Made by a program: the position numbers and the translations under genes. Below are positions 28,754-40,359 of a DNA stretch of 64,000 nucleotides, one piece after another (position 1 is the stretch's first letter; each line of letters begins with the position of its first letter). The notes below the pieces were generated by a model. It saw only the letters and a list, made by a program, of their open reading frames with translations, was not told the origin of the DNA and ran no database searches. The stretch is from an uncultured Gammaproteobacteria bacterium (GTDB lineage: Bacteria; Patescibacteriota; Microgenomatia; CAZETR01; Amesbacteraceae): positions 266 to 64,265 of the forward strand of contig CAYHGA010000003.1 of NCBI GenBank assembly GCA_964356225.1. Direction: 5' to 3'.

Positions 28754-29996
28754 AACTTTATACGCCCGGGAAATTATTAATTCCCGGGCCATTCCTACTA
28801 TCGAGGCCGTAGCTATTTTAGACGACGGCTCCCTAGGTGTCTCATCCGTTCCCTCCGGAGCCTCTGTGGGTACTTACGAAGCCCTGGAACTGGTAGACAA
28901 CGACCCCAACCGCTACCTGGGTAAGGGGGTCTTGACCGCTGTGGGAAACATCAATAACGAAATCGCTCAAAAACTAATTGGCGTTCCTTTTGGCAGCCTG
29001 GCTGAAATTGATGAAACTCTTATCCGCCTGGATGGTGCTCCCAATAAATCCCGCCTGGGAGCCAATGCCATCATTGCCGTCTCCATGAGCATGGCCAAAG
29101 CCATTGCTGTCAGTTCCAAAATGCCGCTTTACCGCTATATTGCTGCTATTGCCCAAAACAATCAGCCCCTATTTATCCCTGCTCCGCTTTTTAACATGAT
29201 TAACGGGGGCAAACATGGCGCCGGCAACCTGGATTTTCAGGAGTTCCACGTTATTCCCAATATGCGCCACTCATATGCTGCGGCATTAGAAACTGGAGCT
29301 ACTATTTACCAGACAATCAAAAAAATTCTTATCCGCCGCGGAGCCATTCATAGCGTCGGCGACGAAGGGGGATTTGCCCCCAACCTTTTCACCAATTTAG
29401 ACGCCTTGGAAGTCCTGACCGAAGCCATCACCGAGCAGAACCACAAAGCCGGCTCCGACGTCGAACTGGGTCTGGATATCGCCGCCAACTCCATTTACAA
29501 AGACGGCCGCTATGTCATCAAAGACAGGAGCTCACCTCTGGAAACCATGGAATTCATTGATTATCTTAAAGATCTTAACGCCCAATATCACCTGCGCATT
29601 CTGGAAGACCCACTGGCCGAAGACGATTGGAAAGGCTGGACCACCATTACCTCCACCTTAGGCACTTCCCTGACTGTAGTCGGAGATGATTTGCTGGTCA
29701 CCAACCCCGAGCGGCTCAAAAAGGGAATTGCCGAAAAAGCCTGTAATTCCATCCTCATTAAACCCAACCAAATAGGGACGGTCACCGAAACCATCGCCGT
29801 CACCAACCAGGCCCGGGCCGCCGGCTGGAAAATTATCGTCTCTCACCGTTCAGGAGACACCAACGACCACTTCATAGCCGACTTTGCCGTGGGCGTCGGA
29901 TCAGAATACGCCAAGTTCGGTGCCCCCGACCGCGGCGAACGGGTGGCCAAATACAACCGCCTCCTCTCCATCGAAACCGAGCTCAAAACAACATGA
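28737..29996 (+). CDS. eno: enolase
   Basis: Full-length enolase with the conserved SHRSGDTND and IKPNQIGT motifs. Confidence 0.95.
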   Translation: MSTKLKTLYAREIINSRAIPTIEAVAILDDGSLGVSSVPSGASVGTYEALELVDNDPNRYLGKGVLTAVGNINNEIAQKLIGVPFGSLAEIDETLIRLDGAPNKSRLGANAIIAVSMSMAKAIAVSSKMPLYRYIAAIAQNNQPLFIPAPLFNMINGGKHGAGNLDFQEFHVIPNMRHSYAAALETGATIYQTIKKILIRRGAIHSVGDEGGFAPNLFTNLDALEVLTEAITEQNHKAGSDVELGLDIAANSIYKDGRYVIKDRSSPLETMEFIDYLKDLNAQYHLRILEDPLAEDDWKGWTTITSTLGTSLTVVGDDLLVTNPERLKKGIAEKACNSILIKPNQIGTVTETIAVTNQARAAGWKIIVSHRSGDTNDHFIADFAVGVGSEYAKFGAPDRGERVAKYNRLLSIETELKTT

Positions 29997-31609
29997 CGTC
30001 TGTCCCCAAACCTGTTGTCTTAGCCATCTTGGACGGCTGGGGACTGGCCCCCGCCGGTCCCGGCAACGCCATTACCGCCGCCCAAACCCCCAACATCACT
30101 TCCTTCTGGAATTCCTATATTCACACCCAGCTTATTGCCCACGGAGAATCGGTCGGCCTGCCCAAATCCGAGCCGGGCAATACTGAAACCGGCCATTTAA
30201 ATTTAGGTGCCGGCCGCATCGTGTACCAAGATCTGCCCCGCATTAATATGAGTATCGCCGACGGCACCTTTTTCCAGAATCCCCAATTTCTGGGAGCCGT
30301 TAAACACGTGGCCGCTCATTCTTCCAGCTTGCATTTGCTGGGTTTGGTCGGCGGCGGCGGCGTCCATTCCGATCTCACTCATCTCTTTGCCCTCCTGCGT
30401 TTCTGCCACGAGCAGCACGTATCTCAAGTTTATCTGCATCTTTTTACCGACGGTCGGGATTCGCCTCCTTCTGCCGCCATGACCTACATCAATCAAGTAC
30501 GGGAAGTCATGGATCGCGAAGGTGTAGGGAAAATTGCCTCTATCATGGGCCGCTACTTCGCCATGGACCGGGATTTCCGTTGGGACCGAACGGCCAAAGC
30601 TTATTTTTGCCTAACTAAAGGAGAAGGTAAACAGGCCGATTCTGTGGACACGGCCATCAGTCAATCTTATTCAGCAAACAAGACCGACGAATTTATCGAA
30701 CCCACGCTCATTGACCCACAAGGAATTATAAAATCCGGGGACGCCGTTATTTTTTACAATTTCCGTATTGACCGGCCCCGCCAGTTAACCAAAGCTTTCG
30801 TCCTGCCCAATTTTGAAGAAACCGCCAATCATACCGGCTTCGACCCCTACGCTGTTAAATATATGGCCAAGCACGTTGAAGATATTTCCGGTAAGCCTCC
30901 CCCATTTACCCGTGGCCCCCAAATTCCCAACCTGTATTTTGTTACCATGACCGAATACGAGCAGCATCTCCCCGTTCAAATAGCTTTCCCTCCCCAAATG
31001 GTAGAATCTCCTTTGGGAAGAATAATTTCAAACGCCGGCCTCCGTCAACTTCGTCTATCCGAATCAGAAAAAGAGCGTTTTGTCACTTATTATTTCAATT
31101 GTCAATACGATCAGTCCTTCCCCGGCGAAGACCGTCTCATCATTCCTTCGCCCAAAGTTTCCACCTATGACAAAAGACCCGAAATGTCCGCTTTGGAGGT
31201 CACACAAACCGCAATTTCTAAAATTCAATCCGACTCCTACGATCTCATTGTTATGAACTATGCCAACCCGGACATGGTCGGCCACACCGGTAACCTCAAA
31301 GCCACTATTACAGCCTGCGGAGTAGTGGACACTTGTCTTGGAGATCTTTCCCGGAATATTTTAAGTAAAGGCGGGGTTTTAATTATTACCGCCGATCACG
31401 GCAACGCCGAAGAAATGATTAATCCCGCCACCGGCGGTATAGATACCGAACACAACGCCAACCCCGTACCCTTTATTCTCATCGGAAACGACTTCCGCAC
31501 CGCCACCCAAATTTCCCAGGGGATTCTCGCTGATGTGGCTCCCACAATACTTTCCCTTCTCAAAATCCCGGCTCCCTCTTCGATGACTGGCCGTAATTTA
31601 TTACGATAG
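29993..31609 (+). CDS. gpmI: 2,3-bisphosphoglycerate-independent phosphoglycerate mutase
   Basis: 538 aa with a metalloenzyme domain (ILDGWG...ADHGNAE). Confidence 0.9.
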   Translation: MTSVPKPVVLAILDGWGLAPAGPGNAITAAQTPNITSFWNSYIHTQLIAHGESVGLPKSEPGNTETGHLNLGAGRIVYQDLPRINMSIADGTFFQNPQFLGAVKHVAAHSSSLHLLGLVGGGGVHSDLTHLFALLRFCHEQHVSQVYLHLFTDGRDSPPSAAMTYINQVREVMDREGVGKIASIMGRYFAMDRDFRWDRTAKAYFCLTKGEGKQADSVDTAISQSYSANKTDEFIEPTLIDPQGIIKSGDAVIFYNFRIDRPRQLTKAFVLPNFEETANHTGFDPYAVKYMAKHVEDISGKPPPFTRGPQIPNLYFVTMTEYEQHLPVQIAFPPQMVESPLGRIISNAGLRQLRLSESEKERFVTYYFNCQYDQSFPGEDRLIIPSPKVSTYDKRPEMSALEVTQTAISKIQSDSYDLIVMNYANPDMVGHTGNLKATITACGVVDTCLGDLSRNILSKGGVLIITADHGNAEEMINPATGGIDTEHNANPVPFILIGNDFRTATQISQGILADVAPTILSLLKIPAPSSMTGRNLLR

Positions 31610-32237
31610 TTATCTCCCCCTTATACACTCCGTCATCCGGCCCAATATACTCATAGATTTTAGTCAATTCTCTGGCCACCACAATATCGGCAGTCGGATA
31701 TTTTTCTTTAAGTAACTTAAGCGTTTTAGACGCCCTCACCGGCGATTCATAAATTACAGTCGTCGTATTGGGCAGGATTTCATATTTGTCGTTCCAAAAC
31801 CCTAAAAACATAAACCTATCGGTCGGTAATCCGCAAGCAGACAGGGCCGCCGTCAGCGCGCTCGGTCCGGGAATCGGTACCACTTTAAACCCGGCCGCCC
31901 GCACCACGCTTACCACTTTATATCCCGGATCAGATATCAACGGCGTCCCCGCGTCCGAAACTAACGCCACATCACCATGAACTAAATAACCAAGTAACGA
32001 ACTAACCATTTTTGCCTCATTCCAATCCCGGACAGAAATAAATCTTGGGGACACTCCTTTAAGGATTATCCTTTTCACCAATTGTCCAGTATGGCGGGTA
32101 TCTTCACAAGCAATGACTGGTACCGTTAGCAATATTCTTTTGGCCCTGACCGTAATATCTTCCAGATTGCCAATCGGAGTCGCTACCACATATAATGTAC
32201 CCACATGCTCGATTTTATCATTCATATCGACATTCAT
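31560..32237 (-). CDS. rsmI: 16S rRNA 2'-O-methyltransferase RsmI (tetrapyrrole-methylase fold)
   Basis: LYVVATPIGNLEDITVRA and GPSA motifs. Confidence 0.75.
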   Translation of the reverse strand: MNVDMNDKIEHVGTLYVVATPIGNLEDITVRAKRILLTVPVIACEDTRHTGQLVKRIILKGVSPRFISVRDWNEAKMVSSLLGYLVHGDVALVSDAGTPLISDPGYKVVSVVRAAGFKVVPIPGPSALTAALSACGLPTDRFMFLGFWNDKYEILPNTTTVIYESPVRASKTLKLLKEKYPTADIVVARELTKIYEYIGPDDGVYKGEITIVINYGQSSKREPGF

Positions 32238-32825
32238 CTGGGTCAGCTTATTTCCTCTTATGGCGTTTTGACCTACGCTATTCTATTTTTGATTATCTTC
32301 GTCGAAACCGGAGTAGTATTCGCCCCATTTTTACCCGGAGACAGTTTGCTGTTCGCAGCCGGGGCATTTTCAGCATTAGGATCTCTTAATCCCTGGTTTG
32401 TATTTATTTTGTTGTCTGTTGCCGCAGTTTTAGGAGACACCTGCAATTATTGGATTGGTCATTTTTTTGGCCAAAAAATTATTGATAATCCCGGAATTCC
32501 TTTAAACCAGGCGCACATAGAAAAAACTAATCATTTTTTTGCCAAGCACGGCGGTAAAACTATCTTTTTAGCCAGATTTATTCCTATAGTACGGACTTTT
32601 GCTCCGTTTGTAGCCGGAATCGGTAAAATGGATTACAAAAAGTTTATTTCATATAATTTGTTCGGAGGCGTGATCTGGGTCGGGTTATTTACTTTCGCCG
32701 GTTACTTTTTTGGCAACGTTTCTTTTATCAAACACAATTTTTCCCTGGTCATCATTGCCATTATTCTGGTTTCGGTTCTCCCTATGCTCCTCCACTTCCT
32801 CAAATCCCTCAAGAAAAAATCCTAA
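32205..32825 (+). CDS. DedA family membrane protein
   Basis: Multiple TM segments and the SNARE-associated/DedA signature (FIPIVRTFAPFVAG). Confidence 0.7.
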   Translation: MLDFIIHIDIHLGQLISSYGVLTYAILFLIIFVETGVVFAPFLPGDSLLFAAGAFSALGSLNPWFVFILLSVAAVLGDTCNYWIGHFFGQKIIDNPGIPLNQAHIEKTNHFFAKHGGKTIFLARFIPIVRTFAPFVAGIGKMDYKKFISYNLFGGVIWVGLFTFAGYFFGNVSFIKHNFSLVIIAIILVSVLPMLLHFLKSLKKKS

Positions 32826-33460
32826 TTCACCACCCCATTATATCTGCGGATTACACCCACACACCGGCCCTGGATGCGAGCGCGAGTTGTAAAAATAGGG
32901 GACATCGTAGAATTAGCCGGTTCCAGGCGGATGCGGGTGGCTTCCTTAAAATAGCGTTTTAACGTGGCAAACCCGTTCTCCAAAAGGGCCACCACTACTT
33001 CCCCGTTTTTAGCTTCTTCTGTCTGCTCGATAACCACAAAATCCCGGTCCAAAATGCCCGCATCAATCATCGAATCTCCCTTAACCTGCAGTACAAAGGC
33101 TCTTCTCTTTGGCGATACCATGGTCGGAGGGATTCCCAGGACCGCGTTGGGATCGGTATACGGCTCAATCGGCGCCCCCGCCGCGATAAATCCCAAGACC
33201 GGCAGTTCCACCGAAGCCGGCGTCTGCGACCGCAGGGCCATGTCTTTTTCCGTAATCTCAATCGACCGCACCGCGCCTTCCCGACGCTTAATCACCCCTT
33301 TTTTCTCCATGGTTTCCAGATGTTCATGGACCGTAGCCAGGCTGGACACTCCCAAAGCTTGCGCAATCTCTGCTAAAGTCGGAGAATAGCCGTTTCTTTG
33401 GATATATTGAGATATGAAATCCAAAATTTGTCTTTGCCTCTTGTATAGCGTCACTGGCAT
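32822..33460 (-). CDS. lexA: LexA repressor
   Basis: Winged-helix N-domain and S24 peptidase C-domain (Ala-Gly cleavage region AAGAP, GDSM catalytic Ser, Lys). Confidence 0.85.
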   Translation of the reverse strand: MPVTLYKRQRQILDFISQYIQRNGYSPTLAEIAQALGVSSLATVHEHLETMEKKGVIKRREGAVRSIEITEKDMALRSQTPASVELPVLGFIAAGAPIEPYTDPNAVLGIPPTMVSPKRRAFVLQVKGDSMIDAGILDRDFVVIEQTEEAKNGEVVVALLENGFATLKRYFKEATRIRLEPANSTMSPIFTTRARIQGRCVGVIRRYNGVVN

Positions 33461-33489
33461 AGTTATAATTTAACCCGAATAAAAACCAA

Positions 33490-35514
33490 ATGTCAAGCAC
33501 CAACTTTAAAATCAAGGCCCCATACAAACCAACGGGCGATCAACCGCAAGCTATCAAAAAGCTAGTGACTAGCGACCAACAGCACCAAGTATTACTAGGT
33601 GTCACCGGTTCCGGCAAGACTTTTACTATTGCTAATGTCATACAAAAAGTTCAGAAACCGACATTAGTTATCTCACACAACAAAACTCTGGCCGCCCAGC
33701 TTTACCAGGAATTCCGCGATTATTTTCCCGACAACGCCGTTTCTTATTTCGTCTCCTACTACGATTATTATCAACCCGAAGCTTATATCCCTCAATCAGA
33801 TACGTATATAGAGAAAGAGACCGATATTAATGACCAGATAGACAAACTTCGTCTGGCGGCCACAACTAATCTCCTCACCCGCAAAGATGTCATCGTTGTG
33901 GCTTCAGTGTCCTGTATTTATAACTTAGGTTCCCCGGCCGAATACGGCAAAACCGTACTGGAACTAGCCCCGGGCCTCAAAGTTTCCCGAAATCAGATAT
34001 TTATGCGCCTCAATGATCTCCAATATTCCCGTTCCAACTTCGGATTTCATAGAGGCACTTACCGCGTCCGCGGCGAAACAATCGATATTTATCTGGCCTA
34101 CGCAGATTCCGCCATCCGCATTACCCACGACGGAAGCAAAATTACAAAATTAGAGCAATTTGACCCCCTCACCGGCAAAAAGGTTAGTCCTTTTTGCTTC
34201 AAAAGGACTAACCTTATTATTTACCCGGCAAAACACTACATCGCCCCCCGTGATAATCAAACAGAAGTTTTTAAGCAAATCCGTCACGATCTTCAATCAC
34301 AAGTGGCTAAATTTAAATCTGAAGGCAAAATGCTAGAAGCTCACCGCATCAATCAGCGGGTTAATTATGATCTGGAAATGATCCAGGAGCTGGGGTATGT
34401 TAATGGAATCGAGAACTATTCCCGGTATTTTGACGGCCGGAAAGTTGGCGACCCGCCTTATTCACTCATGGATTATTTCCCCAAAGATTACCTGTTAATT
34501 GTTGATGAGTCGCACATGACTATCCCCCAAATCCGCGGCATGTATAACGGCGACCGTTCTAGGAAACAAACTCTTATCGATTATGGTTTTAGGCTCCCGG
34601 CAGCCTTGGATAACCGTCCTCTCAAGTTTGACGAATTTATGCGCCGCACCGGCCGGACCATATACTTATCCGCCACTCCTGACGAATGGGAAATTTCCCA
34701 ATCAGAAAATCATGTCGTGGAACAGCTCGTCCGCCCCACCGGCCTCGTCGATCCCCAAATTTCAATTCGTCCCACTTCCGGTCAAATCCAAGATCTAATT
34801 GCCAATTGCCAATTGCTAATTGCCAAACATCAACGAATATTAGTCACTACTCTCACTAAGCGCATGGCCGAAGACTTGGCCTCCTATCTGCAGGAACAAG
34901 GTTACAAGGTTCATTATCTGCATTCCGATGTGGATACTCTGGACCGCCTGGACATCTTAGACGATCTGCGTAAAGGCATCTATGACATCATCGTGGGCAT
35001 TAATTTACTGCGTGAAGGTCTGGATCTGCCCGAAGTTTCTCTGGTCGCAATTTTAGACGCGGATAAAGAAGGTTTTCTCCGTTCCCGCACCTCTCTTATT
35101 CAAACCATGGGCCGGGCGGCCCGGCACGAAGAAGGCCAAGTCATTATGTATGCCGATAAAGTCACCGATTCCATGCGGGCAGCCATAGACGAAGTCGGCC
35201 GCCGCCGCCAAGTCCAGCTAGACTACAATATTAAACACGGCATCTCTCCTAAATCCATCACTAAAGCCATCCGCGAGCGGATTGTGGAAAAAGAAGTCGA
35301 ATCTCCCGTAACTCTTGATCCTCAAGAAATTCTCAAGGGCCGCTCCCTGGACGCTGCCGATATCGACATGTCCAAAGTCAATCAGCTTACCCCCGAAGAT
35401 CACACCAAACTTATCAAACTCATGACAAAACAGATGAACTCCGCCGCTCGCGCCCTGGAATTCGAAGAAGCCGCCCGCCTCCGCGACCGCATCCGCCAGA
35501 TCCATTCACTTTAG
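33490..35514 (+). CDS. uvrB: excinuclease ABC subunit B
   Basis: Helicase motifs (GVTGSGKT), beta-hairpin region and C-terminal UVR domain. Confidence 0.95.
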   Translation: MSSTNFKIKAPYKPTGDQPQAIKKLVTSDQQHQVLLGVTGSGKTFTIANVIQKVQKPTLVISHNKTLAAQLYQEFRDYFPDNAVSYFVSYYDYYQPEAYIPQSDTYIEKETDINDQIDKLRLAATTNLLTRKDVIVVASVSCIYNLGSPAEYGKTVLELAPGLKVSRNQIFMRLNDLQYSRSNFGFHRGTYRVRGETIDIYLAYADSAIRITHDGSKITKLEQFDPLTGKKVSPFCFKRTNLIIYPAKHYIAPRDNQTEVFKQIRHDLQSQVAKFKSEGKMLEAHRINQRVNYDLEMIQELGYVNGIENYSRYFDGRKVGDPPYSLMDYFPKDYLLIVDESHMTIPQIRGMYNGDRSRKQTLIDYGFRLPAALDNRPLKFDEFMRRTGRTIYLSATPDEWEISQSENHVVEQLVRPTGLVDPQISIRPTSGQIQDLIANCQLLIAKHQRILVTTLTKRMAEDLASYLQEQGYKVHYLHSDVDTLDRLDILDDLRKGIYDIIVGINLLREGLDLPEVSLVAILDADKEGFLRSRTSLIQTMGRAARHEEGQVIMYADKVTDSMRAAIDEVGRRRQVQLDYNIKHGISPKSITKAIRERIVEKEVESPVTLDPQEILKGRSLDAADIDMSKVNQLTPEDHTKLIKLMTKQMNSAARALEFEEAARLRDRIRQIHSL

Positions 35515-35530
35515 AGTATAATCACACGTC

Positions 35531-38329
35531 ATGGATTTCATCAAAATTAGGGGGGCCCGGGAACATAATTTAAAAAATATTGATCTGGACATTCCCAAAA
35601 ATAAACTGGTGGTTTTTACAGGTCTGTCCGGCTCCGGCAAATCCTCACTGGCTTTCGACACCATCTACGCCGAAGGCCAGCGCCGCTATGTGGAAAGTCT
35701 TTCCAGTTATGCTCGCCAATTTCTAGGCATCATGGACAAACCCGACGTCGATCAAATCGAGGGTTTATCTCCGGCCATATCCATAGACCAAAAATCCACC
35801 TCCCACAACCCCAGGTCAACTGTGGGCACTGTCACGGAAATTTACGATTATTTAAGATTATTATTCGCCCGCATCGGCCATCCCCATTGTCCCAAATGCG
35901 GCCGGGAAATCACCCAAATGTCCACCCAAGCCATCGTCGACCACATAATTGCTATGGATAAATACTCCAAAATCCTCATCTTATCCCCCATTGTCCGGGG
36001 CCGGAAAGGGGAATACACTGAACTTTTCTCTTCTCTGCGCCAAAAAGGTTACACCAAAATCAGAATCGATGGCAAAATAATTTCTCTTAACGACGATGTT
36101 TTACTTTTAAAAAACAATAAACACGATATCGACGTGGTCATCGACAGAGTAATTGTCGACAAAAAAACCCTTGACCGCACCCGGATTTTTGATTCAGTCG
36201 AATCCGCCCTCAAACTCTCCGATGGTTTGTGCATCGCCGCTGTTATCAAAGACAAATCTTTTAATATTCCCGACCAGCCCAAGGACATGCAAGACCATTT
36301 ATATTCAGAACGTTTCGCCTGTCCCGTAGACAACATCTCCCTGCCGGAAATTGAGCCCCGCATTTTTTCCTTTAATTCGCCTCACGGCGCCTGCCCTAAC
36401 TGTACAGGATTAGGTTATCAGCAAAAAATCAACGCCGACCTGGTTCTCAATCCTCATCTCACTATTTCCGAAGGCGGAATATTACCCTATGCCAGGACCT
36501 TTTTATACGATTCCTGGTTTTCCCGCAAAGTCGCATCCTTGGGCTTTCCTATGCGCATCCCTCTCGCAGAATACACCAAATCTCAAAAACAGGAATTATT
36601 ATACGGCACAAATGAATTTGAAGGCATTCTTCCCAACCTGGAACGCCGCTACAAGGAAACCCAGTCCGACTTTATCAGAACGGAAATCGAACGTTACATG
36701 CGCCGAGAGACCTGCCCTATCTGTAACGGACTTCGCCTCAAACCCGGATCTTTAAGTGTCACCATCAACGGTCAATCCATCGCTGACGTCACTCGGCTCT
36801 CGGTATCTTTATCTCTAAGTTACGTCAGCAACTTAAGTAGCTTAAATAACAGGGAAAAAACCATCAGTACTCCCATTCTTAAAGAGATAAAAGAGCGGTT
36901 AGGTTTTTTGGTGTCCGTCGGTCTGGATTACCTCACTTTAGACAGATCTGCCACCACTCTTGCCGGTGGAGAAGCTCAACGCATCCGGTTAGCTTCGCAA
37001 ATCGGATCGGGTCTGTCAGGGGTGTTATATGTTCTCGACGAACCATCCATCGGATTGCATCAGCGCGACAACCAGCGCCTCATCGACACCCTCAAACGCC
37101 TGCGCGATCTGGGTAACTCCGTAATAGTTGTAGAACACGACGCAGATATAATGCTCCAATCCGACTGGATCGTAGATTTCGGCCCGGGAGCAGGTGAACA
37201 CGGCGGCCGGGTTATCTCCGCCGGCACTCCCGACCACATCAAATCCGATCCTCACTCCATAACCGGTCAATATTTATCAGGTAAAAAACAAATTATGACT
37301 ACGAATGACAATCGTATGACTACGAATGACAAAATATTAACTATCAAGGGAGCCTCCGAGCACAACCTCAAAAACATTAATGTTGAATTTCCCCTGGGCA
37401 AATTCATCTGCGTTACCGGCGTCTCCGGCTCCGGCAAATCCACCCTCGTCAGCGATATCTTGTATCACGCACTGGCCCGCCACTTCAATCCCGAACACAA
37501 AGAAAAAGCCGGCCAATATAAATCTCTAGAGGGCGTAGAACACCTGGACCGGGTCGTCATGGTCGATCAGGCTCCCATTGGCCGCACTCCCCGCAGCAAT
37601 CCCGCCACTTATACCGGTTTGTTTACCACTATCCGCGATATCTTTGCCCTTACCCCCGAAGCTCGCGTCAGGGGCTATTTCCCCGGCCGATTCTCTTTTA
37701 ATGTCAAAGGCGGCCGTTGTGAAGCCTGCGAAGGCGATGGCCAAATCAAAATAGAAATGCAGTTTTTACCCGCTGTCTACGTAGACTGCGAAGTTTGCCA
37801 TGGTCTCCGCTACAATTCCGAAACCTTGGAAGTCCATTACAAAGGCAAAAATATCGCCGAAGTCCTAAATATGACGGTCGAAGAAGCTTTGCAATTTTTC
37901 CAGGCCGTACCAGCCGCATTCGACAAATTGCAGACTCTCAAAGATGTTGGCCTAAATTATATTCATTTGGGTCAGCCAGCTCCGACTCTCTCGGGAGGAG
38001 AAGCCCAGCGGGTTAAATTATCTGCCGAACTGTCCAAACGGGCCACCGGCAAAACCATATACATTTTGGATGAACCCACCACCGGTTTGCACTTTGCCGA
38101 CCTGGAAAAACTTCTCCGCGTCCTACGCCAGTTGGTCGCTACCGGGAATACCGTCGTAGTTATTGAACACAATCCCGACGTCATCAAAAACTCCGACTGG
38201 ATTATTGATCTGGGCCCCGAAGGCGGCGACGCAGGCGGATACCTGGTAGCCGCCGGCACACCCAAGCACATTTCCCATATTAAATCTTCATACACCGGCC
38301 GGATTATTTCTTTCCACCCAATCTCTTAA
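35531..38329 (+). CDS. uvrA: excinuclease ABC subunit A
   Basis: Two ABC ATPase modules ([20 protein letters not shown]) with zinc-finger insertions. Confidence 0.95.
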   Translation: MDFIKIRGAREHNLKNIDLDIPKNKLVVFTGLSGSGKSSLAFDTIYAEGQRRYVESLSSYARQFLGIMDKPDVDQIEGLSPAISIDQKSTSHNPRSTVGTVTEIYDYLRLLFARIGHPHCPKCGREITQMSTQAIVDHIIAMDKYSKILILSPIVRGRKGEYTELFSSLRQKGYTKIRIDGKIISLNDDVLLLKNNKHDIDVVIDRVIVDKKTLDRTRIFDSVESALKLSDGLCIAAVIKDKSFNIPDQPKDMQDHLYSERFACPVDNISLPEIEPRIFSFNSPHGACPNCTGLGYQQKINADLVLNPHLTISEGGILPYARTFLYDSWFSRKVASLGFPMRIPLAEYTKSQKQELLYGTNEFEGILPNLERRYKETQSDFIRTEIERYMRRETCPICNGLRLKPGSLSVTINGQSIADVTRLSVSLSLSYVSNLSSLNNREKTISTPILKEIKERLGFLVSVGLDYLTLDRSATTLAGGEAQRIRLASQIGSGLSGVLYVLDEPSIGLHQRDNQRLIDTLKRLRDLGNSVIVVEHDADIMLQSDWIVDFGPGAGEHGGRVISAGTPDHIKSDPHSITGQYLSGKKQIMTTNDNRMTTNDKILTIKGASEHNLKNINVEFPLGKFICVTGVSGSGKSTLVSDILYHALARHFNPEHKEKAGQYKSLEGVEHLDRVVMVDQAPIGRTPRSNPATYTGLFTTIRDIFALTPEARVRGYFPGRFSFNVKGGRCEACEGDGQIKIEMQFLPAVYVDCEVCHGLRYNSETLEVHYKGKNIAEVLNMTVEEALQFFQAVPAAFDKLQTLKDVGLNYIHLGQPAPTLSGGEAQRVKLSAELSKRATGKTIYILDEPTTGLHFADLEKLLRVLRQLVATGNTVVVIEHNPDVIKNSDWIIDLGPEGGDAGGYLVAAGTPKHISHIKSSYTGRIISFHPIS

Positions 38330-38683
38330 GGGACCGAAATAGAAATCTTTCCAGCCCTTATTAATTTTATCTCTCTCCCGGTCCGGCACATCCTCATGCA
38401 GCAAATCAATATATGTCCGTTGGTTTTCGTATGTTAGCGATATTTGCACCCGGGATGGTTTACTTTTCCCCATCACCCATTCCTGAACTATCATTTTCCG
38501 GGGTTTGACTTCTATATTTTTTCCGTAAATATCCCCATTCCACAAAGAGAACTTAAACCCCGGCTTATCGCTCATTTTAGCCGGTCCCCCTCCCCACTCA
38601 TTAATCAGCGCAGGATTTACCAGCGCTTCCCACACCTTCCCCACCCCTGCGTGCACAATATAGCTCTGTCGGATTACGCTCAC
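38288..38683 (-). CDS. SRPBCC/AHSA1-like small protein
   Basis: 131 aa with an Aha1-like domain pattern ([15 protein letters not shown]). Confidence 0.5.
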   Translation of the reverse strand: MSVIRQSYIVHAGVGKVWEALVNPALINEWGGGPAKMSDKPGFKFSLWNGDIYGKNIEVKPRKMIVQEWVMGKSKPSRVQISLTYENQRTYIDLLHEDVPDRERDKINKGWKDFYFGPLRDWVERNNPAGV

Positions 38684-38703
38684 TATCTATATAATAACAC
38701 AAA

Positions 38704-40359
38704 ATGCGCAAAATTTTATTGGTATTTTTATTGGTTTCTATTGGTAGAGTTTCCGCTTCCGGAGAGTTTCATATTAAGCAAACCGTTGATTATAAATTCG
38801 ATTCTTCCGGCAGCTCAACCGTCGTTATGCATGTTTCCCTGACCAACAATAATGCCAATTACTATGCCTCCCGGTATGAATTAGACTTAGTAGGGGAGAA
38901 TCCCCAAAACATTTCCAGTTGGGACTCTACAGGCCCTCTCAAAATCGTCACTACCCCCACAGCTGCCGATACTACCCATATCACCGCATATTTTAACGAC
39001 GTAGTCACCGGCCTGGGAAAAAACCTTGATTTTACAATTCAATATCAGGGCAAACCGGCTATTCATAACGGACAGGTCTGGGAAATTAATCTGCCTAAAC
39101 TTTCTAACCCCGCTTCCGTTGACGAATATTCCCTAAATTTAATTGTCCCTTCATCATTTGGCCAACCCGCCTACTTGTCTCCCCCGCCCATGTCATCCGA
39201 AAAAAACGTCTACATTTTTACAAAATCACAGCTGAGCCACATCGGAGTAGTTGCTGCTTTCGGAAATTTTCAAACTTTTTCTTTTCGCCTGAAGTATAAA
39301 ATCGACAACCCTTCCCAAATTGCCTTACCTTCCGACACAGCTTATCAAAGAATTTTTTTTGATTCAATAACTCCTCCGCCTATTTCAGTTATCGCCGATG
39401 CCGACGGCAACTGGTTGGCCAGCTTTAATCCTGGTGAAATCGTCGTCTCCGGACAGGCCCATCTGCTCATAGACCCACTGTCCTCCTTTACGGATTCACC
39501 ACCGGAAAAATATCTTTCTTCTACTACTTACTGGCCTGCCGATAATCCTCAAATAATTTCTATCGCCAAATCCCTTAAAACTCCTAAGAAAATTTACGAC
39601 TACGTCGTGACTAACGTTGAATATGATTATGGTTCAGCTGCATCTTCAACCGCCGTCCGCCAGGGCGCTTTAGCCGTTCTTTCTTCAAAGAAAGGGGTCT
39701 GCACTGAATTCACCGATCTTTTTATCGCTTTATCCAGAGCTGCCGGCATCCCTGCCCGCGAAGTAAATGGCTATGGTTACACGACCGACCTGCGTTTGCG
39801 TACACCCCTCCACTCCTGGCCCCAATACTGGGACGCCTCTCGCCGGGTTTGGGTCAGCGTGGATCCTACCTGGGGCCGCACCACCCAAGGAGTCGATTAT
39901 TTCTCCAAACTGGATTTTAACCATCTGGCCTTTATCACTCACGGCCTATCCGATTCTCTGCCGGTTCCGAATTTCCAGGACATCCAAGTTAGTTACGGGT
40001 CATACCACGATTATCTTACCCGGCCCCTTATCACCAAATGGCAGCCTCCCTTATTTATTCTGCCGTTTATTCCCGGCACTTTCCGTCTACAAATCACCAA
40101 TCCTAACTCTCAGGCCGTCTATTCCAACCCCGTAACTCTGCCTCCCTATGGATCAAAGGTCCTGACCGTCCAGTACACTCTTACCCATCCTTTTGATTTT
40201 AGTCCCAAATCCGTCACCCTCATCAATATGACGTATAATATCCCCACAACTTTATTTCTTCCCTGGCAAATTGGCTTTGCTCTCTTTATCTCACTTACCC
40301 TTATCGCCGGGAGTATATATCTTCAAAGACATATCCGGCCACACCCTCTACGTCGGTAA
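38704..40359 (+). CDS. secreted transglutaminase-like cysteine protease domain protein with C-terminal TM anchor
   Basis: Signal peptide, transglutaminase core GVCTEFTDLFIALSRAAGIPAREVNGY and a C-terminal hydrophobic helix. Confidence 0.65.
   Translation: MRKILLVFLLVSIGRVSASGEFHIKQTVDYKFDSSGSSTVVMHVSLTNNNANYYASRYELDLVGENPQNISSWDSTGPLKIVTTPTAADTTHITAYFNDVVTGLGKNLDFTIQYQGKPAIHNGQVWEINLPKLSNPASVDEYSLNLIVPSSFGQPAYLSPPPMSSEKNVYIFTKSQLSHIGVVAAFGNFQTFSFRLKYKIDNPSQIALPSDTAYQRIFFDSITPPPISVIADADGNWLASFNPGEIVVSGQAHLLIDPLSSFTDSPPEKYLSSTTYWPADNPQIISIAKSLKTPKKIYDYVVTNVEYDYGSAASSTAVRQGALAVLSSKKGVCTEFTDLFIALSRAAGIPAREVNGYGYTTDLRLRTPLHSWPQYWDASRRVWVSVDPTWGRTTQGVDYFSKLDFNHLAFITHGLSDSLPVPNFQDIQVSYGSYHDYLTRPLITKWQPPLFILPFIPGTFRLQITNPNSQAVYSNPVTLPPYGSKVLTVQYTLTHPFDFSPKSVTLINMTYNIPTTLFLPWQIGFALFISLTLIAGSIYLQRHIRPHPLRR

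Noticed and set aside
34795-34830. Short tandem repeats (aattgcc)n as a possible CRISPR or minisatellite
   Set aside because: The repeats are only about 5 units of 7 bp inside the uvrB coding sequence with no spacers. This is in-frame microsatellite, not CRISPR. No CRISPR arrays were found anywhere in the window.
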